A stretch of 63,886 nucleotides of DNA, the filler included, from Rhabdomonas costata (Eukaryota): assembly GCA_019059605.1 (NCBI GenBank). It is 45 parts of 45 records of this genome, joined end to end, with 100 filler letters (N's around TTAATTAATTAA, not from the genome) between each part and the next. Parts side by side here need not be neighbours in the genome. Positions count along the whole stretch, not along the records: positions 1 to 1,323 come from JAHMHO010019417.1; positions 1,424 to 2,746 come from JAHMHO010019418.1; positions 2,847 to 4,169 come from JAHMHO010019419.1; positions 4,270 to 5,592 come from JAHMHO010019420.1; positions 5,693 to 7,015 come from JAHMHO010019421.1; positions 7,116 to 8,438 come from JAHMHO010019422.1; positions 8,539 to 9,850 come from JAHMHO010019423.1; positions 9,951 to 11,273 come from JAHMHO010019424.1; 37 more parts are not named here. One strand, 5' to 3'. Position numbers and translations under genes: made by a program. The notes beneath the pieces are model-generated. The model worked only from the letters and a program-made list of their open reading frames with translations. It had not been told where the DNA came from and did no database searches. Within the stretch, counting starts at the first letter, position 1. Each line of letters begins with the position of its first letter. Shown here in pieces: positions 1 through 10,950 of this stretch.

Positions 1-12
1 TTGTTTTTTTAC

Positions 13-775
13 CAGTTCCAACACTTCAGCTCGCGTGTTCTCCGGCTCCAACAGGTCTACCACACCAGAGCCCGAGGTGTCAGCTTTCAAAACATAGGCA
101 TGCACCTTGAGTACAGCTTCTTCAGGCAAGGCGTCTGCAGAGCCAAAGACTTGCTGCAAAGTCCGATGAATGACTCCGGGCTGGCCACTGTCACCCGACG
201 CCCCGAAAATAAACTCCTTCTTGGGAGTATACCGGTCCCCGTAGCTGTATATTACTGTGTTTCGTGAGTTCTGCACAAAATCCTGAGCCGCCTGTGAGAG
301 AAAAACGAAAACACGGACAGCACTGAAAACGCCCGAAAAAGCGCAGTTGAGAAAATCCAGGAAATGCGGGACCGCAATTGTAAATATGGACGCGTCTCCG
401 TTTGCGTTTTTCACAAACAAAGCATAGTTTCACAAAACAGAAAACACAAGACGATTTTAACTGTTCGCCCGACGTCCAACGACAACACGCGTGAAATTTT
501 CAAATGGAGGGAATCAAACGTCCATGCGCATTCACGGCAACTTTTCTGTGGCAGCTTCAAGTAATTGAGCTTACCCTTGAAAGAGAGCCGGGGCGCAGCT
601 CTTGGGCGGATCGAATGAGGGAGACATTCTCGAGACCAAAGGCCAGTGAAGCCGTGGGAAACTGCTCCGCCAGCAGCTCAGGAGGACATGAAAACTGCAC
701 AGTTCTCTCATCACCACAAGCAAGGAAAGTGTCCGAAGAAGTGCACACAAGGCCGACTGCAACGTCCACCTCCAT
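13..775 (-). CDS. Divergent kinesin motor-domain-like protein, 5' part (2 exons)
   Basis: Exon 775-575 (ATG; MEVDVAVGLV...LAFGLENVSLIRSAQELRPGSLSR|GTAAGC), phase-0 intron to CTCTCACAG, exon 291-13 (AAQDFVQNSRNTVIYSYGDRYTPKKEFIFGASGDSGQPGVIHRTLQQVFG...LKVHAYVL...VVDLLEP|GT). Order and spacing match the kinesin pattern VxVAVR...FxFD...GYNxTIFAYGQTGSGKTYTMxG...GIIPR...V.VSY...DLL. Confidence 0.7.
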
Positions 776-1323
776 CAAAAGGCAACAGCTTTGATCAGTT
801 CCACGGCCATGCAGGCAGCATCACGGAAACACCGGAAACACGAAATTCTAAGCAAACTGCAAGATCGGACTACAAATGCGCTGAGTGGGACCCACACCGA
901 CACCGCCTCTCTTCTCTTTAAGCTCCAAGTTATGTAGAGGGGCCACCACAGCCGTTTCGAGGTCACCGCCTATTTTGGCACTCCCCCTGCTGTTGGGCGG
1001 GGACAATTGCGACGCTAACCAATTCCACACGAGGCCAACTTTCCCACTCGACCGCGAGTTTATGAGCTTTCCTTTAGCAAGAATTTTCTCAGAACTCCTC
1101 CGCTGGGGTGAATTGCACGAGGCAGGCATCGCAAATGTACCCCGCCCTTCAGCGAGTACGGCCGCCGCTGTAAACCTTTGCACACTCCACGAGGCACATG
1201 CTCTGTTTTCAAGCTCATTCGCGGATAGCTTTTCCAAAGCTACTGCATTGAAAAAAGCATGTAAAGCCCAATTTCGAACACGTTAGCAACAGTATTTCTG
1301 ATTTCAAATGAGTCCACCCACCC

Positions 1324-1423
1324 NNNNNNNNNNNNNNNNNNNNNNNNNNNNNNNNNNNNNNNNNNNNTTAATTAATTAANNNNNNNNNNNNNNNNNNNNN
1401 NNNNNNNNNNNNNNNNNNNNNNN
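1324..1423. other. Artificial contig spacer (N44-TTAATTAATTAA-N44); first of 44 recurring about every 1.42 kb up to 62465-62564
   Basis: The same 100-nt block recurs 44 times; TTAATTAATTAA gives stops in all six frames; flanking sequences are unrelated in composition and gene content. Confidence 0.99.
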
Positions 1424-1529
1424 TGGTGTGTATAATTATAGAATTATTTACACATAAACCAGTACTTACAATAGAAACGGACGATATTACAGTATCATCC
1501 TATAAAAAATGGATACAATATTGAAAAAA

Positions 1530-2034
1530 TTAGTGATTACATACTTCCAATGTGTACTCGTCTTTATTTCATGAGCTTCTGGTAATCCCAATGTTTTCAA
1601 TATTGTATCCATTTTTTATAGGATGATACTGTAATATCGTCCGTTTCTATTGTAAGTACTGGTTTATGTGTAAATAATTCTATAATTATACATACCAATG
1701 ACCATATATCACAAATTGCAGTTTTTGTAATTCCCATTAGTTCTTCGGGCGATTGACATATTGCAAGTGTTTTTGTATTTTCTTCAAATTTATGCATACA
1801 TACATCTCTTTCAAAACTTGTACCAATATTTATTTTTATTTTGTTATCTTCTACAACAAATGTTCGAGGTGTAATATTCCCATGACATGTATTAATACTA
1901 TGCATAAATGTAAGTGAACTTAATATCTCTATTACATTTTGTTTTATTGTTTTATAATCTAATTCTATATGATGTTCTACCAATGGATAGACAGATCGTT
2001 TCTCATGTGTCGCTATAATATTTGTACAGACCAT
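1530..2034 (-). pseudogene. CMGC-like Ser/Thr pseudokinase, intronless, AT-rich, frameshifted; giant-virus-like
   Basis: ORF 2034-1597 has kinase C-lobe motifs (LTFMHSINTCHGNITPRTFVV, INIG for DFG, QSPEELMG, DIWSLVCIIIELFTHKP). One extra A in the A6 run near 1612-1617 would continue as MDTILKTLGLPE (CMGC LGxP). The N-lobe is absent (in-frame TAA shortly upstream). Confidence 0.7.
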
Positions 2035-2128
2035 TATTTTATTTTTATCACCATGTTATAATATGTTATGTAGATTATAAGTATAATGTTTTTACTCGAA
2101 ATCAGTGTATGAAAGAGACATTGACATA

Positions 2129-2501
2129 ATGCCTGTCGATTACGATTCGGTTCGTTTCAACACGAAAAATATGATGGCTGACGTTCAGAAGAAACTGTTT
2201 CTCACAAGTACGAAATCCGTTGTTGTTTGCCAATGATGTTGACGAAAACTTTGAGAATCTGCTTCAAAGGTTTAAAGATGCCCAGAAAACTTTTGTGAAG
2301 GCAGACCTTAAACTTTCTGCGGAAATGTTCAACCTTGCCAAGGCAGAAGATAAAGAAGCTCATCTGAGCAAGTCAGACAACTTGCTCAAACAGAGTATGA
2401 GAGCATCAATGAACTTGTTATACAACCTTTGGAGCGCAACGAGCTCTGATAACTTGATGGCATTCATAGAACTGCTGAGACTGTTATATAGTACTAGCTG
2501 A
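2129..2501 (+). CDS. Hypothetical intronless helical protein, apparently frameshifted near 2220
   Basis: ATG at 2129 (MPVDYDSVRFNTKNMMADVQKKLFLTSTKS) runs into ORF 2220-2501 in another frame (LFANDVDENFENLLQRFKDAQK...); divergent from the kinase. Confidence 0.45.
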
Positions 2502-2516
2502 ACCGGCGAGCACTGC

Positions 2517-2552
2517 TTTTTATATATCAAAAATACTTTTCATATATAAAAA
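2517..2552 (+). terminator. AT-rich palindromic hairpin just after the stop codon; resembles a Mimiviridae-type polyadenylation hairpin
   Basis: TTTTTATATAT-C-AAAA-ATAC-TTTT-C-ATATATAAAAA: 11-bp stem, C.C mismatch, 4-bp stem, 4-nt loop, 15 nt after TGA at 2501. Confidence 0.45.
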
Positions 2553-2662
2553 TGATGATATTTACTCTATTTTGCTTTTTATATATTAAATTATGTTCAT
2601 AAAAATAACAGTGACAGTAAATTTTAATTTTATGTTGTAATGTATTAACATTTCTTTGAATA

Positions 2663-2670
2663 AAAATTGA
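2663..2670 (+). promoter_or_regulatory. AAAATTGA motif, matching the Mimiviridae early promoter
   Basis: taAAAATTGAaatata in an AT-rich intergenic stretch; any downstream ORF is cut off by the contig end. A chance match in AT-rich DNA is possible. Confidence 0.45.
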
Positions 2671-3280
2671 AATATATATCTGTTATAAAACCTATATATT
2701 GAACCGAAAATAAATAGGATTATTAAATTCTTCGTCAACACCACACNNNNNNNNNNNNNNNNNNNNNNNNNNNNNNNNNNNNNNNNNNNNTTAATTAATT
2801 AANNNNNNNNNNNNNNNNNNNNNNNNNNNNNNNNNNNNNNNNNNNNGGTGGGCTGGACACGTAAGGAACAATCAGGGCCTCGATGGGATCGAGGGCCATG
2901 GGGGCGCTGTCGGGCCTCCGCTCTTCCTCACGTGCGCGCTTCCCGCAAAGGATTGGAAGTTCGTGGGCACGGTCCACCTCCATAACTGGAGCTTCCTGGT
3001 CAGCTTCCGTTTCCGAATCCACATGCATGGGTTGTTCTCCAGATCTCTGGGGTTCGTGCTGTGGTGGTTGGGATGAAGGGATGCTGCGGCGGCGGGTGCT
3101 TGTGGCTGCTGATGCTGCTGCCGCTTTCCTGGCGGGCTCCTGTGGCGCTCAATGCAGGTATTGGCTTGGAGTGTGTGGAGCGCGGGACCCTTTGGTCCGA
3201 GGGTCAATTCAAGTGGAGCGCTGTCTTCCTTCATACCAGACTCCCGCTGGGTTACTAAGTCCCAAGCCTCATCGACGGCT

Positions 3281-4000
3281 TTAATAGTACATGGTGCAAA
3301 AGTCCACCGTCACCCTGGTGAAGTAATTCACGCTGTCGATGCCCCAAAACACTTTGATCCCTTCCTCCGGCGGGTCTTGTCCTTCTCCCGCTGGGCGTCC
3401 TTGATGTGCCTGGCGGACCTCGTAAATGGTTGTCGGGGAGATCTTGCTTGCTGGCAGCGTCTCGGGGTCTAGGGCATGACCTTGTGCCGGCGTTGGACCG
3501 GAACTTGCCCCTGTTGGGCGCCGTTGTAGACAATTCCGGCTCCTGTGGTGAAACCACCTCGCTCATTAAACTTTAGCCTCATCACAACGTCCCGCCCGGT
3601 CTTGCCGACGGGCTCGAAGACGTTGTTATCAGCGAAGTATTTCGCCATCTCCCTCTGGTACCACCGCTTTGACACCAAAAAAAAAGCCGTGTGGCGCACG
3701 ATCATCAAGCAGTCGTACGAAGTCTTGTGTGCCTCATTTATCACGCGGCCAATGTGCGGGTACCCAGCGGGGTTATCCGGCAAAACGCCAGGGCTCTGCA
3801 GCTTCTCGGCCCAATTTCTCCGTCAGGGCTCTTCGGCGTAGTCCTGGTCGGCTATTACGTAATCCATGTCGCCGTCAAGCCTAAATTCCCAGCCGCGCGG
3901 AACTTGGGTCCGGAAGTAAGGGTGCACACGGGTGTCCACGGTACCCACACGGCCATCCAGGTTCAACTGTTCTAGGGCGTGCCTCAACACAGCCCCCTTC
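3281..4000 (-). mobile_element. Decayed Penelope-like retroelement, reverse transcriptase region
   Basis: Frameshifted pieces in PLE order: GRVGTVDTRVHPYFRTQVPRGWEFR; AFFLVSKRWYQREMAKYF; PNRGKFRSNAG (cf. KxRFIAG); KVFWGIDSVNYF; VTVDFCTMYY* (cf. TxDFSTLYT). Confidence 0.6.
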
Positions 4001-4964
4001 CCCCCCCCACATACACACAAACCAGGGTGTGTGTTTTGGCGTGTCCCCGTGCTTGTTCTGCGCCCCTTCTGCCCACCTGTTTTGTTTGTGGTGGTGGGCC
4101 GGCTCTTTGATGACCTTGTTTGTCGGGCGTAGGGTTGGGGCCGCAGCGCCCCCCACCCACCCGTCCACTNNNNNNNNNNNNNNNNNNNNNNNNNNNNNNN
4201 NNNNNNNNNNNNNTTAATTAATTAANNNNNNNNNNNNNNNNNNNNNNNNNNNNNNNNNNNNNNNNNNNNATGTTGTGTGTCACGCTGGATGGGTTTGGTC
4301 ATGGCGTATGCCAGAGTAAAGAACTTTTCTTCTCTCAGCTGGAGCTCAGATAGTTCTTTACTCTGGCATACGCCATGACCAAACCCATCCAGCGTGACAA
4401 CAACGCCAAAATGAATCAGCGAATTACCCCGTGTACATGAGCGTGTGTGTTAGTCCACACAATGCCGAGCATTGACCGCGTGCGAGCATGTGTGTGGTGG
4501 TGTGGGTGGTGGGTGGGTGTGATGTTGGGTATGCGAGCGGAGCTTCTGGGAATCCCGGGCTGAGACCAAACCACGCAGAAATGCAGTGGTTGGCTAACAA
4601 GCTGAACTGAACATGCGTCAGTGAGGATTTCGAAGTTTGTAAATAAAGGGAGAGGAAGGCCGCGAACATCAAGGACAATATCAGGCAAATATTTTTGTTT
4701 TGTTATTTGGTGTGATGCCATTGGTGTCCCTTGAAGCCGCGATAGAGCTCGTGGCGTCCCTACCCCCAAGTGCAAAACAGATCTCAATCAAACCAGAAAG
4801 GCGGGCTGTGTTGCTTGTATGCAAAGCCAGTTTACGTGTCCTTGCTTTTTTATATTGTTATTGGCTTCTCTGTTGCAAGTTAAAATCGAACTATGGTGCA
4901 GTACTTGTGATTATTGGGGAGGATGTACAAGTTTTGGACTGAGAAGCTGGGCACGTTTTCTCAG

Positions 4965-5592
4965 GCGTCGCGAGCTGGCGGAGCTGAAGAAGGAGCGGGC
5001 CTTCCTGCGAAAGGTTGTGTTCGAAAGGGAGGACACCACGGCGTGCACCAATCTTCAGCTGGACGAGGTATCGAGCGCGAATGTGGAGGAGCGGGCGGTT
5101 GACGTCCCAGATAATGCGAAGATAACTGACGTACCATTCTGACGTAGCACACATCGAAATTGAAGTTTCATTTTCCTTGTGTGTTGTTTGCTGTTTGCTA
5201 TTTGCCGTTTGCACGTGGGTCTTTCGCTTAACAGTGGTGACGCTGTGCCGTGAATTGTTTTTGTTATAAAAATATTGAAGAATGAGGTTTATTGTGGATC
5301 GTATTGCGTGAGGCGAACATCTGGAAAGGATATGAGAAATCCACCCATTGTGCGCAACTTCGTGTGTGTGTGTGTGTACGTGGACTTTGGACTTTGTGTT
5401 TCTCAGCTGCGGCAAGAAAACGCCAGGCAGCTCCGTGCTCTCCTAGCTTACGCACGGAAGTACAACGACGAGCAGACCTGGGCCACCGCTTTGGCCGGGC
5501 CCGCAGCCACTGCGCCGTGCACTGTGCCCCAGCCCCAGCCGCAGCCTCCTCTGGCGGCCACCGCCGCGGCGCACACCGCACACACACACCCC
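4965..5592 (+). CDS. Hypothetical coiled-coil protein, 2 exons
   Basis: Exon 4965-5067 (RRELAELKKERAFLRKVVFERED...QLDE|GTATCG) joins in phase 0 to exon from 5407 (TCTCAG|LRQENARQLRALLAYARKY...); GC3-rich codons. Confidence 0.55.
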
Positions 5593-5695
5593 NNNNNNNN
5601 NNNNNNNNNNNNNNNNNNNNNNNNNNNNNNNNNNNNTTAATTAATTAANNNNNNNNNNNNNNNNNNNNNNNNNNNNNNNNNNNNNNNNNNNNTGT

Positions 5696-5794
5696 GTGGT
5701 GGCGCAGGGCATCCAAGAGAAGGTGACGACCCAGGGCTACGTCCCGCCGACGTTTGGCCCCAACACGGTCACGACGTTCCCGGAGGACGAATGA
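5696..5794 (+). CDS. Terminal exon of an unknown protein
   Basis: VVAQGIQEKVTTQGYVPPTFGPNTVTTFPEDE* with GC3-rich codons, followed by T-rich UTR-like sequence. Confidence 0.45.
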   Translation: MVAQGIQEKVTTQGYVPPTFGPNTVTTFPEDE

Positions 5795-7199
5795 CGTTGC
5801 GTAATGGAGGGCATCTTTATGGAAAGTGTTTTTTCTATTCTACGGTCCTGTCTCGCCTCTCAATGGTTTGGTTTTTTTTTAGGGTTTTTGTCATCGTAAG
5901 GATTCCACCCCACTCTGTGTACGGTTGCGGTGATACTTGAGCTTGTCATTGGCGAAAGCTCATTGGTGGATTTTTTGGAACTTAGTTCCATTCACCGCAC
6001 TTCAAACAAGTGACATCTGTTTTGGTCTCTTTTTTGCTGTTTTTGTTTTTGTCTTTTTTTTTTCTGGCGACGAGCTCTTCGTTGGGGGAAGGGAGGGAGG
6101 GGAGAGCTGAACCATTCACTGCCTGGCCGTCAAATGGCAACCTTATAATGGCGCTTAAGTTTGCTGTTTGTACGGTTGTTAGAATGTGTTAATGTCCTTA
6201 TAAAGTGGTCAACTTTTGATTACCCCTCTCTTTCCCCGCCCCCGTCCAAAAATTTATGCAAATTCTGGTCTGCCTCAACCGATAAGTTGCCCATGTATCA
6301 ATTTATTCCATTGCAGAAATTGTTACCTGGCAGGTCAGGGGGCAAGGTCAGGAGTCAGATGGCTGCCATTGTGGAAAGGAGGCCTGACTTTCAGCCCACA
6401 AAAAGACGCTGGTAGGCAACGCTGCGCCTATCCCCCTCATCCCTCAAAGATAGGTCCACAGTCGCTCCTTAGCCGTTGGTTCTCACCACAGATGTCAAAA
6501 GACGGGAACACCCCTGGCCAGGCTGTGATTCTGCTCAACGCCACTGGATTCAGTCTGGGACTGCTGTATCCACTGCTGTCTCCAGCGTGGCCATTGGGAC
6601 CTGGGTCTATGCCACCCTGCTTTTCCTTTCGCTCCGCTGGATTGCTTTTGTAAATTCTTGTATCTCCCCTATCGTTCCAATGTATGCAAAATAAATAGTG
6701 ACCGCAATCAGTTTTGGCGAAGTGCCCAGCAGCATTTGTGTTTTTATTCCAAATGCTTAGCACCATTTTGATTATAGCAGAAGTGCTGTTAAGCGTTTTA
6801 GAGTTGTGTGGTTATGCTCGAAGCATTTCGGATTTCAGCAGAATTGCCGGCTACGCCGGCTACCGATCCGGGTGTTATCAAAATTGCTGAAGAGCTTTTC
6901 TGATTCTTGCGAAGATGACGCCCGTTCCATCACCGAGCATCAACTCCTTCGTTCCCTCACCCGCTCATCCTTTCTCTGCCCTTCTCCTCTCCCCCACACC
7001 ACACACACCCAACACNNNNNNNNNNNNNNNNNNNNNNNNNNNNNNNNNNNNNNNNNNNNTTAATTAATTAANNNNNNNNNNNNNNNNNNNNNNNNNNNNN
7101 NNNNNNNNNNNNNNNTTGGGGTTGGAGGGTGATGGAGGGTCGGTCTCGTTTCTGTATGGGGATAAAAGGAGCTTCCCTTCACCACACCCTTACTTGCAG

Positions 7200-8196
7200 A
7201 ACAATCGGCAGTACTCCACTGAAGTCGACATCTGGGCCTTCGGGTGTGTGTTTGTGGAGTGCCTGACCCGGAGGCCGCTCTTCAACCTCCGCGGCACGCA
7301 TGAGGGGAACCATAGCCTGGTCTGCGCCTGGGCCTCTGCGCTGCCCATGGGGTCGCGGAAGGAGCTTCGGGGGCGCCCTGCGGAGGTCGTGCAGGTGGTC
7401 GAGCACTCGCTCGTCCTCCAGCCCTCGCTGCGAGCCAGGTGGGTAGGGCCGTGGTCTGTTATTCGTGTTGCGTCAGTTGAAAAGTTTCCATAAGAAGCTT
7501 TGTCGTTGAGGTTGAGAACAAAACAGGACCGCCCTGTACGTGCATGTTCCATCTGTGGATGTTCTTCGAGGGCATCGTTTCGAAGGCATTGATAGAGACA
7601 CTAGGAACGACGGTTGTACAAGAGAGGATTGCAACTTCCTCAACTGAATAGCGGGTGATTGAGATGAATCAGGATCGTCGCCTGCTATCAAAGCAAACCG
7701 CGTGGAAGTTCTGGGCTATGAACCTCCTCCACGAGTGGCCGAAGGATACGCGTGACTGTAGTGTGTGGCGTTGTTTGAAGTGTTTGGATGAATTCAGGTT
7801 CGCTGCATAAATGCAGGGTATGCATGAATGGGAAGGTCTCAGGTTGGGGCGGTGTGAAACGGGTCTCATTGCTGCTGCGAACTTTCAATGACATGCTCAA
7901 TTCAATGTCATCCTTGTGTTGAGTTGGGCCTTCCTTTCCACTTGAAACGCCGTCAAAACTTCTTTGGCATGCCCACAGCCCCACACTGCTTCTTTCCCAG
8001 CGCGGCGGAGCTCTTGGCACTGCCGTTTTTCGCAAGCGTACCGGTGGCCCTGGGTGCCAAATCAGAGGGCAACCCCACTCCCGTGTTTGTGGATTCTGTG
8101 GCGGAGTGGAGCCCGGAGGAGCTGCGACAGAACTTCCTGGCGGAGGTTAGGCACCTCCATGACTCGTGGATTGCACGTTCCGTGGGGACGGAGTGA
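7200..8196 (+). CDS. CMGC/MAP-kinase-like protein kinase, last 2 exons
   Basis: Exon 7200-7438 (YSTEVDIWAFGCVFVECLTRRPLF...LQPSLRA AG|GT) and exon 8001-8196 (phase 2; SAAELLALPFF...EELRQNFLAEVRHLH...*): subdomains IX-XI plus a MAPK-like tail. Confidence 0.85.
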
Positions 8197-9010
8197 TTTA
8201 CAGGTTTCATTGCTTCGGTTGCCTTTGTTTTGATTGTCATTCCATAAACGTCCGAGCAGCTCTCGGCATTGTTGTTCTATGGAATAGTAAGTCTTGCTAT
8301 TTTTGGAATCTATTGCGTTCACACGTTAGCAGGAAAACATTTCAGACATTTGGTTTTGTACGATTAGCTTGTGGAGAACTGTGCAAGCGAATCATGCAGC
8401 AGCCGCGTTCTCAGCACCGACAAGCAGTACCCAAACAANNNNNNNNNNNNNNNNNNNNNNNNNNNNNNNNNNNNNNNNNNNNTTAATTAATTAANNNNNN
8501 NNNNNNNNNNNNNNNNNNNNNNNNNNNNNNNNNNNNNNTGGTGGTTGGTGCTGCACCACAGAAGAGATGCACGCGCACAGACCGGCCTCGGGTTGGGGTT
8601 AGCGAGCGGAGGGAGTATCGTGCCGGGTCTTCCCACGAGGACCGCAGTGACCGAAGAATACTTCAAGTTCGGGGATACTATAGAAGGTGAATGCACTATC
8701 GGAAAAACCTCTGCACCGCTGTGCGACCGAATGCACAGAGTTCTAAAAACTAGGTTGCAGGAGTCGCCCCAGGATGCAACACGATAATGAGGATTTCCAT
8801 GCAAGCAACCATACGCAGGACGGGTAGGGCCGCTGACTTCTGTTTTCGGCCTTTCTTCTTTCAGCCCTCTCTGTCTACCCAAAGCCAAGACTATGGGGGT
8901 TGCTGGGCAGAAGTGCCTCCGAGGTCTGCTGATTGCACCGCAGAGAGCGAGCTGGGGCTGAGTATAAAGAAGTGTGGGACTTGTGGAGCAGTGAGGCATG
9001 CAGCGCCGAC

Positions 9011-9157
9011 CTGGCTTCTTCCCCGGCTTGCGGAACAGGTTTGTGAGGGCGGAATTGGGGTAGATGTTGAAGACTCGAGCCACCAGGCAAGAAAAGAACG
9101 CGAATAAGATCAGCGGCACCGAAGACCAGGACTGCTTGTACAGAAACATCGCCATCC
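9011..9157 (-). CDS. Na+/H+ exchanger (CPA1/NHE family), internal exon
   Basis: CAG|GMAMFLYKQSWSSVPLILFAFFSCLVARVFNIYPNSALTNLFRKPGKKP|GT matches the NHE CLxxRxxNIxPLxxLxNxFR segment; phase 1 at both ends. Confidence 0.8.
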
Positions 9158-10081
9158 CTGCAACCCAGACCCACCACAGACCAAAGGCCCACCCACCGGC
9201 AGATGAGGGCAACGAAACAACAAGGAGTGAGGATTGTTGCACAAGGAGACGCTCCCCCTCCTCTATGGACTCCGGTGTTTCATGGACAGCATAACTAAAA
9301 CTGCATCACAAAGCAGCTGTTGGGCTCATCGGCATCCAGGGCTGTCAATCATGATTCTTTGCTGAGGTGCAGCACACAGCAAATTTGTGAGGGATATTTG
9401 TATCCACGGCATTCTAGCTGAGTGACTTTTTTCATCCATTCACCCAGAAAAGCGGGACATACCCAGATAAACAAACACGAAGCTTTCAGCGAGCTGGGCG
9501 AGAATCTTGAAGAACTGCCGGGAGAGAGCTTGACCCTCCTGTACAAAGGCAATCACACAGTTTTACTAATGCCTTTTCACATTGCCGCGCAAGCCATGCC
9601 TCTAGCTCTGAAGAGAATGTTCAAATCAAGTGAAATCAAGCCAGGTCTCAGGGTGTTTCAATTAGCATGCTCCAAAATGAGCCTTTACCGAATCCTGAAG
9701 CCATCCCGATATGTCTGCATAGGAATACCCACATTTTGCCGCACTGCCGACTTACTGGTCATCGCGTCTTCGCTTACTGTTCTCAAAAGCAAACTAAAAG
9801 GAAAACAGTTGATGTGACAACCGCAGCCATCAAGCACCTCACACACCAACNNNNNNNNNNNNNNNNNNNNNNNNNNNNNNNNNNNNNNNNNNNNTTAATT
9901 AATTAANNNNNNNNNNNNNNNNNNNNNNNNNNNNNNNNNNNNNNNNNNNNATCCGCAGCGGTCGCAACATCCATACCAGTCCTGAGCACGAAGGGGCCGA
10001 AGGGGTTCGGCTTCCTGGGGCCGAAGGGGTTCGGTTTTCTGCGAAGACCCATCCATGTTTGCTGCACGCCTTTGCCTTCAG

Positions 10082-10950
10082 CTGCGGCTCTCCAGTGGAG
10101 TGCTGGTGAGTGCCTCTGGGCTGACCCCCGCGGTGACGCTTTCCTTGCAGTACACCATCGCCAACCTCTCTAAGCCGCTCGTGTGCAGGTGTGTGTCTTT
10201 CTTGTTAAACTCACCGCCACCTGTAGTGGCTGACATTGTGCCATGAAGTTTGCTGGTGACATTGCAACATCATTTATACTGAGTTTTGTTGTAATGATTG
10301 GACAATTGGCGCTTGTATGCTTTCTCGAAATTCAACAGCTGAGGTGACCAATGCTGGGTCTTAAGTTGGGGTGAGCACGAACCCCATCGAAATAATTACG
10401 CACTGTTGCACAGGTGTTCTTCGCCGTTCCAAAGGCTCTCTGTACCACAGGGGTCCATTTTTTTTTGCCTTCGGTAATGCGGTGGGGATGCAGGTACTTC
10501 AATCCCCGCACTCACCGGTGGTCCACGGATGGGGTCAAGCTGGTGGGGATCTCCACTGTGGCCACCGGTCCGGGGTACACCGTGGCCTCGGTGCAGTGCA
10601 ACGTCACCCATTTCACCGACTTTGCCGTCAGCACACTGACGGTGTTATCCGATATCAACACCCTACTGCAGGTCCGCCCCCCCCCTCACCACCATCACTA
10701 GCCTGCTGCCTGCGCTGTGCTGTTGGACGCATTGCAGGGAGTAACTTTTCGTCGGCGCATACGGCGCATACCTCAGAATCGTATTAAAGTGCCCCGCCCC
10801 CCTTCGCTGTGGCAGGACGAGTCGGGGGACATCATGCTTGCGGTGGTGGTGATCGCCTGGGGGGTCTTCATTGTGGTCGTGTCGGTGGCAGTTGCACTAG
10901 ACCTCGGGGTGATGTTTCCTGGGTCTGCCTACGACCTGAGGAAGGCCTGG
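10082..10950 (+). CDS. GPS (GAIN) domain membrane protein, polycystin-1/adhesion-receptor-like, 3 exons
   Basis: Exons 10082-10188, 10494-10671 and 10816-10950 join in frame: LVCR|YFNPRTHRWSTDGV...VQCNVTHFTDFAV (GPS), then a TM helix IMLAVVVIAWGVFIVVVSVAVALD. Confidence 0.85.

Noticed and set aside
1431-1692. About 95-bp perfect inverted repeat duplicating the kinase 3' part
   Set aside because: It starts at the contig edge and copies internal sequence, typical of a fold-back library or amplification chimera.
4278-4399. 48-bp perfect inverted repeat (MITE- or pre-miRNA-like hairpin)
   Set aside because: It abuts the contig start; the same pattern recurs at other contig ends, so it is most likely a fold-back artefact.
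8487-9242. Long ORFs in the track such as 8487-9242, 12923-13777, 14344-15048, 21459-22094 and 41269-41826
   Set aside because: They are read-through of exons into introns or microsatellites, or antisense shadows; only the spliced parts have protein signatures.
9993-10040. Short two-copy tandem repeats (24-mer here; 14-mer near 16415; 13-mer near 50568)
   Set aside because: Ordinary slippage duplications in non-coding DNA with no spacers or associated genes.
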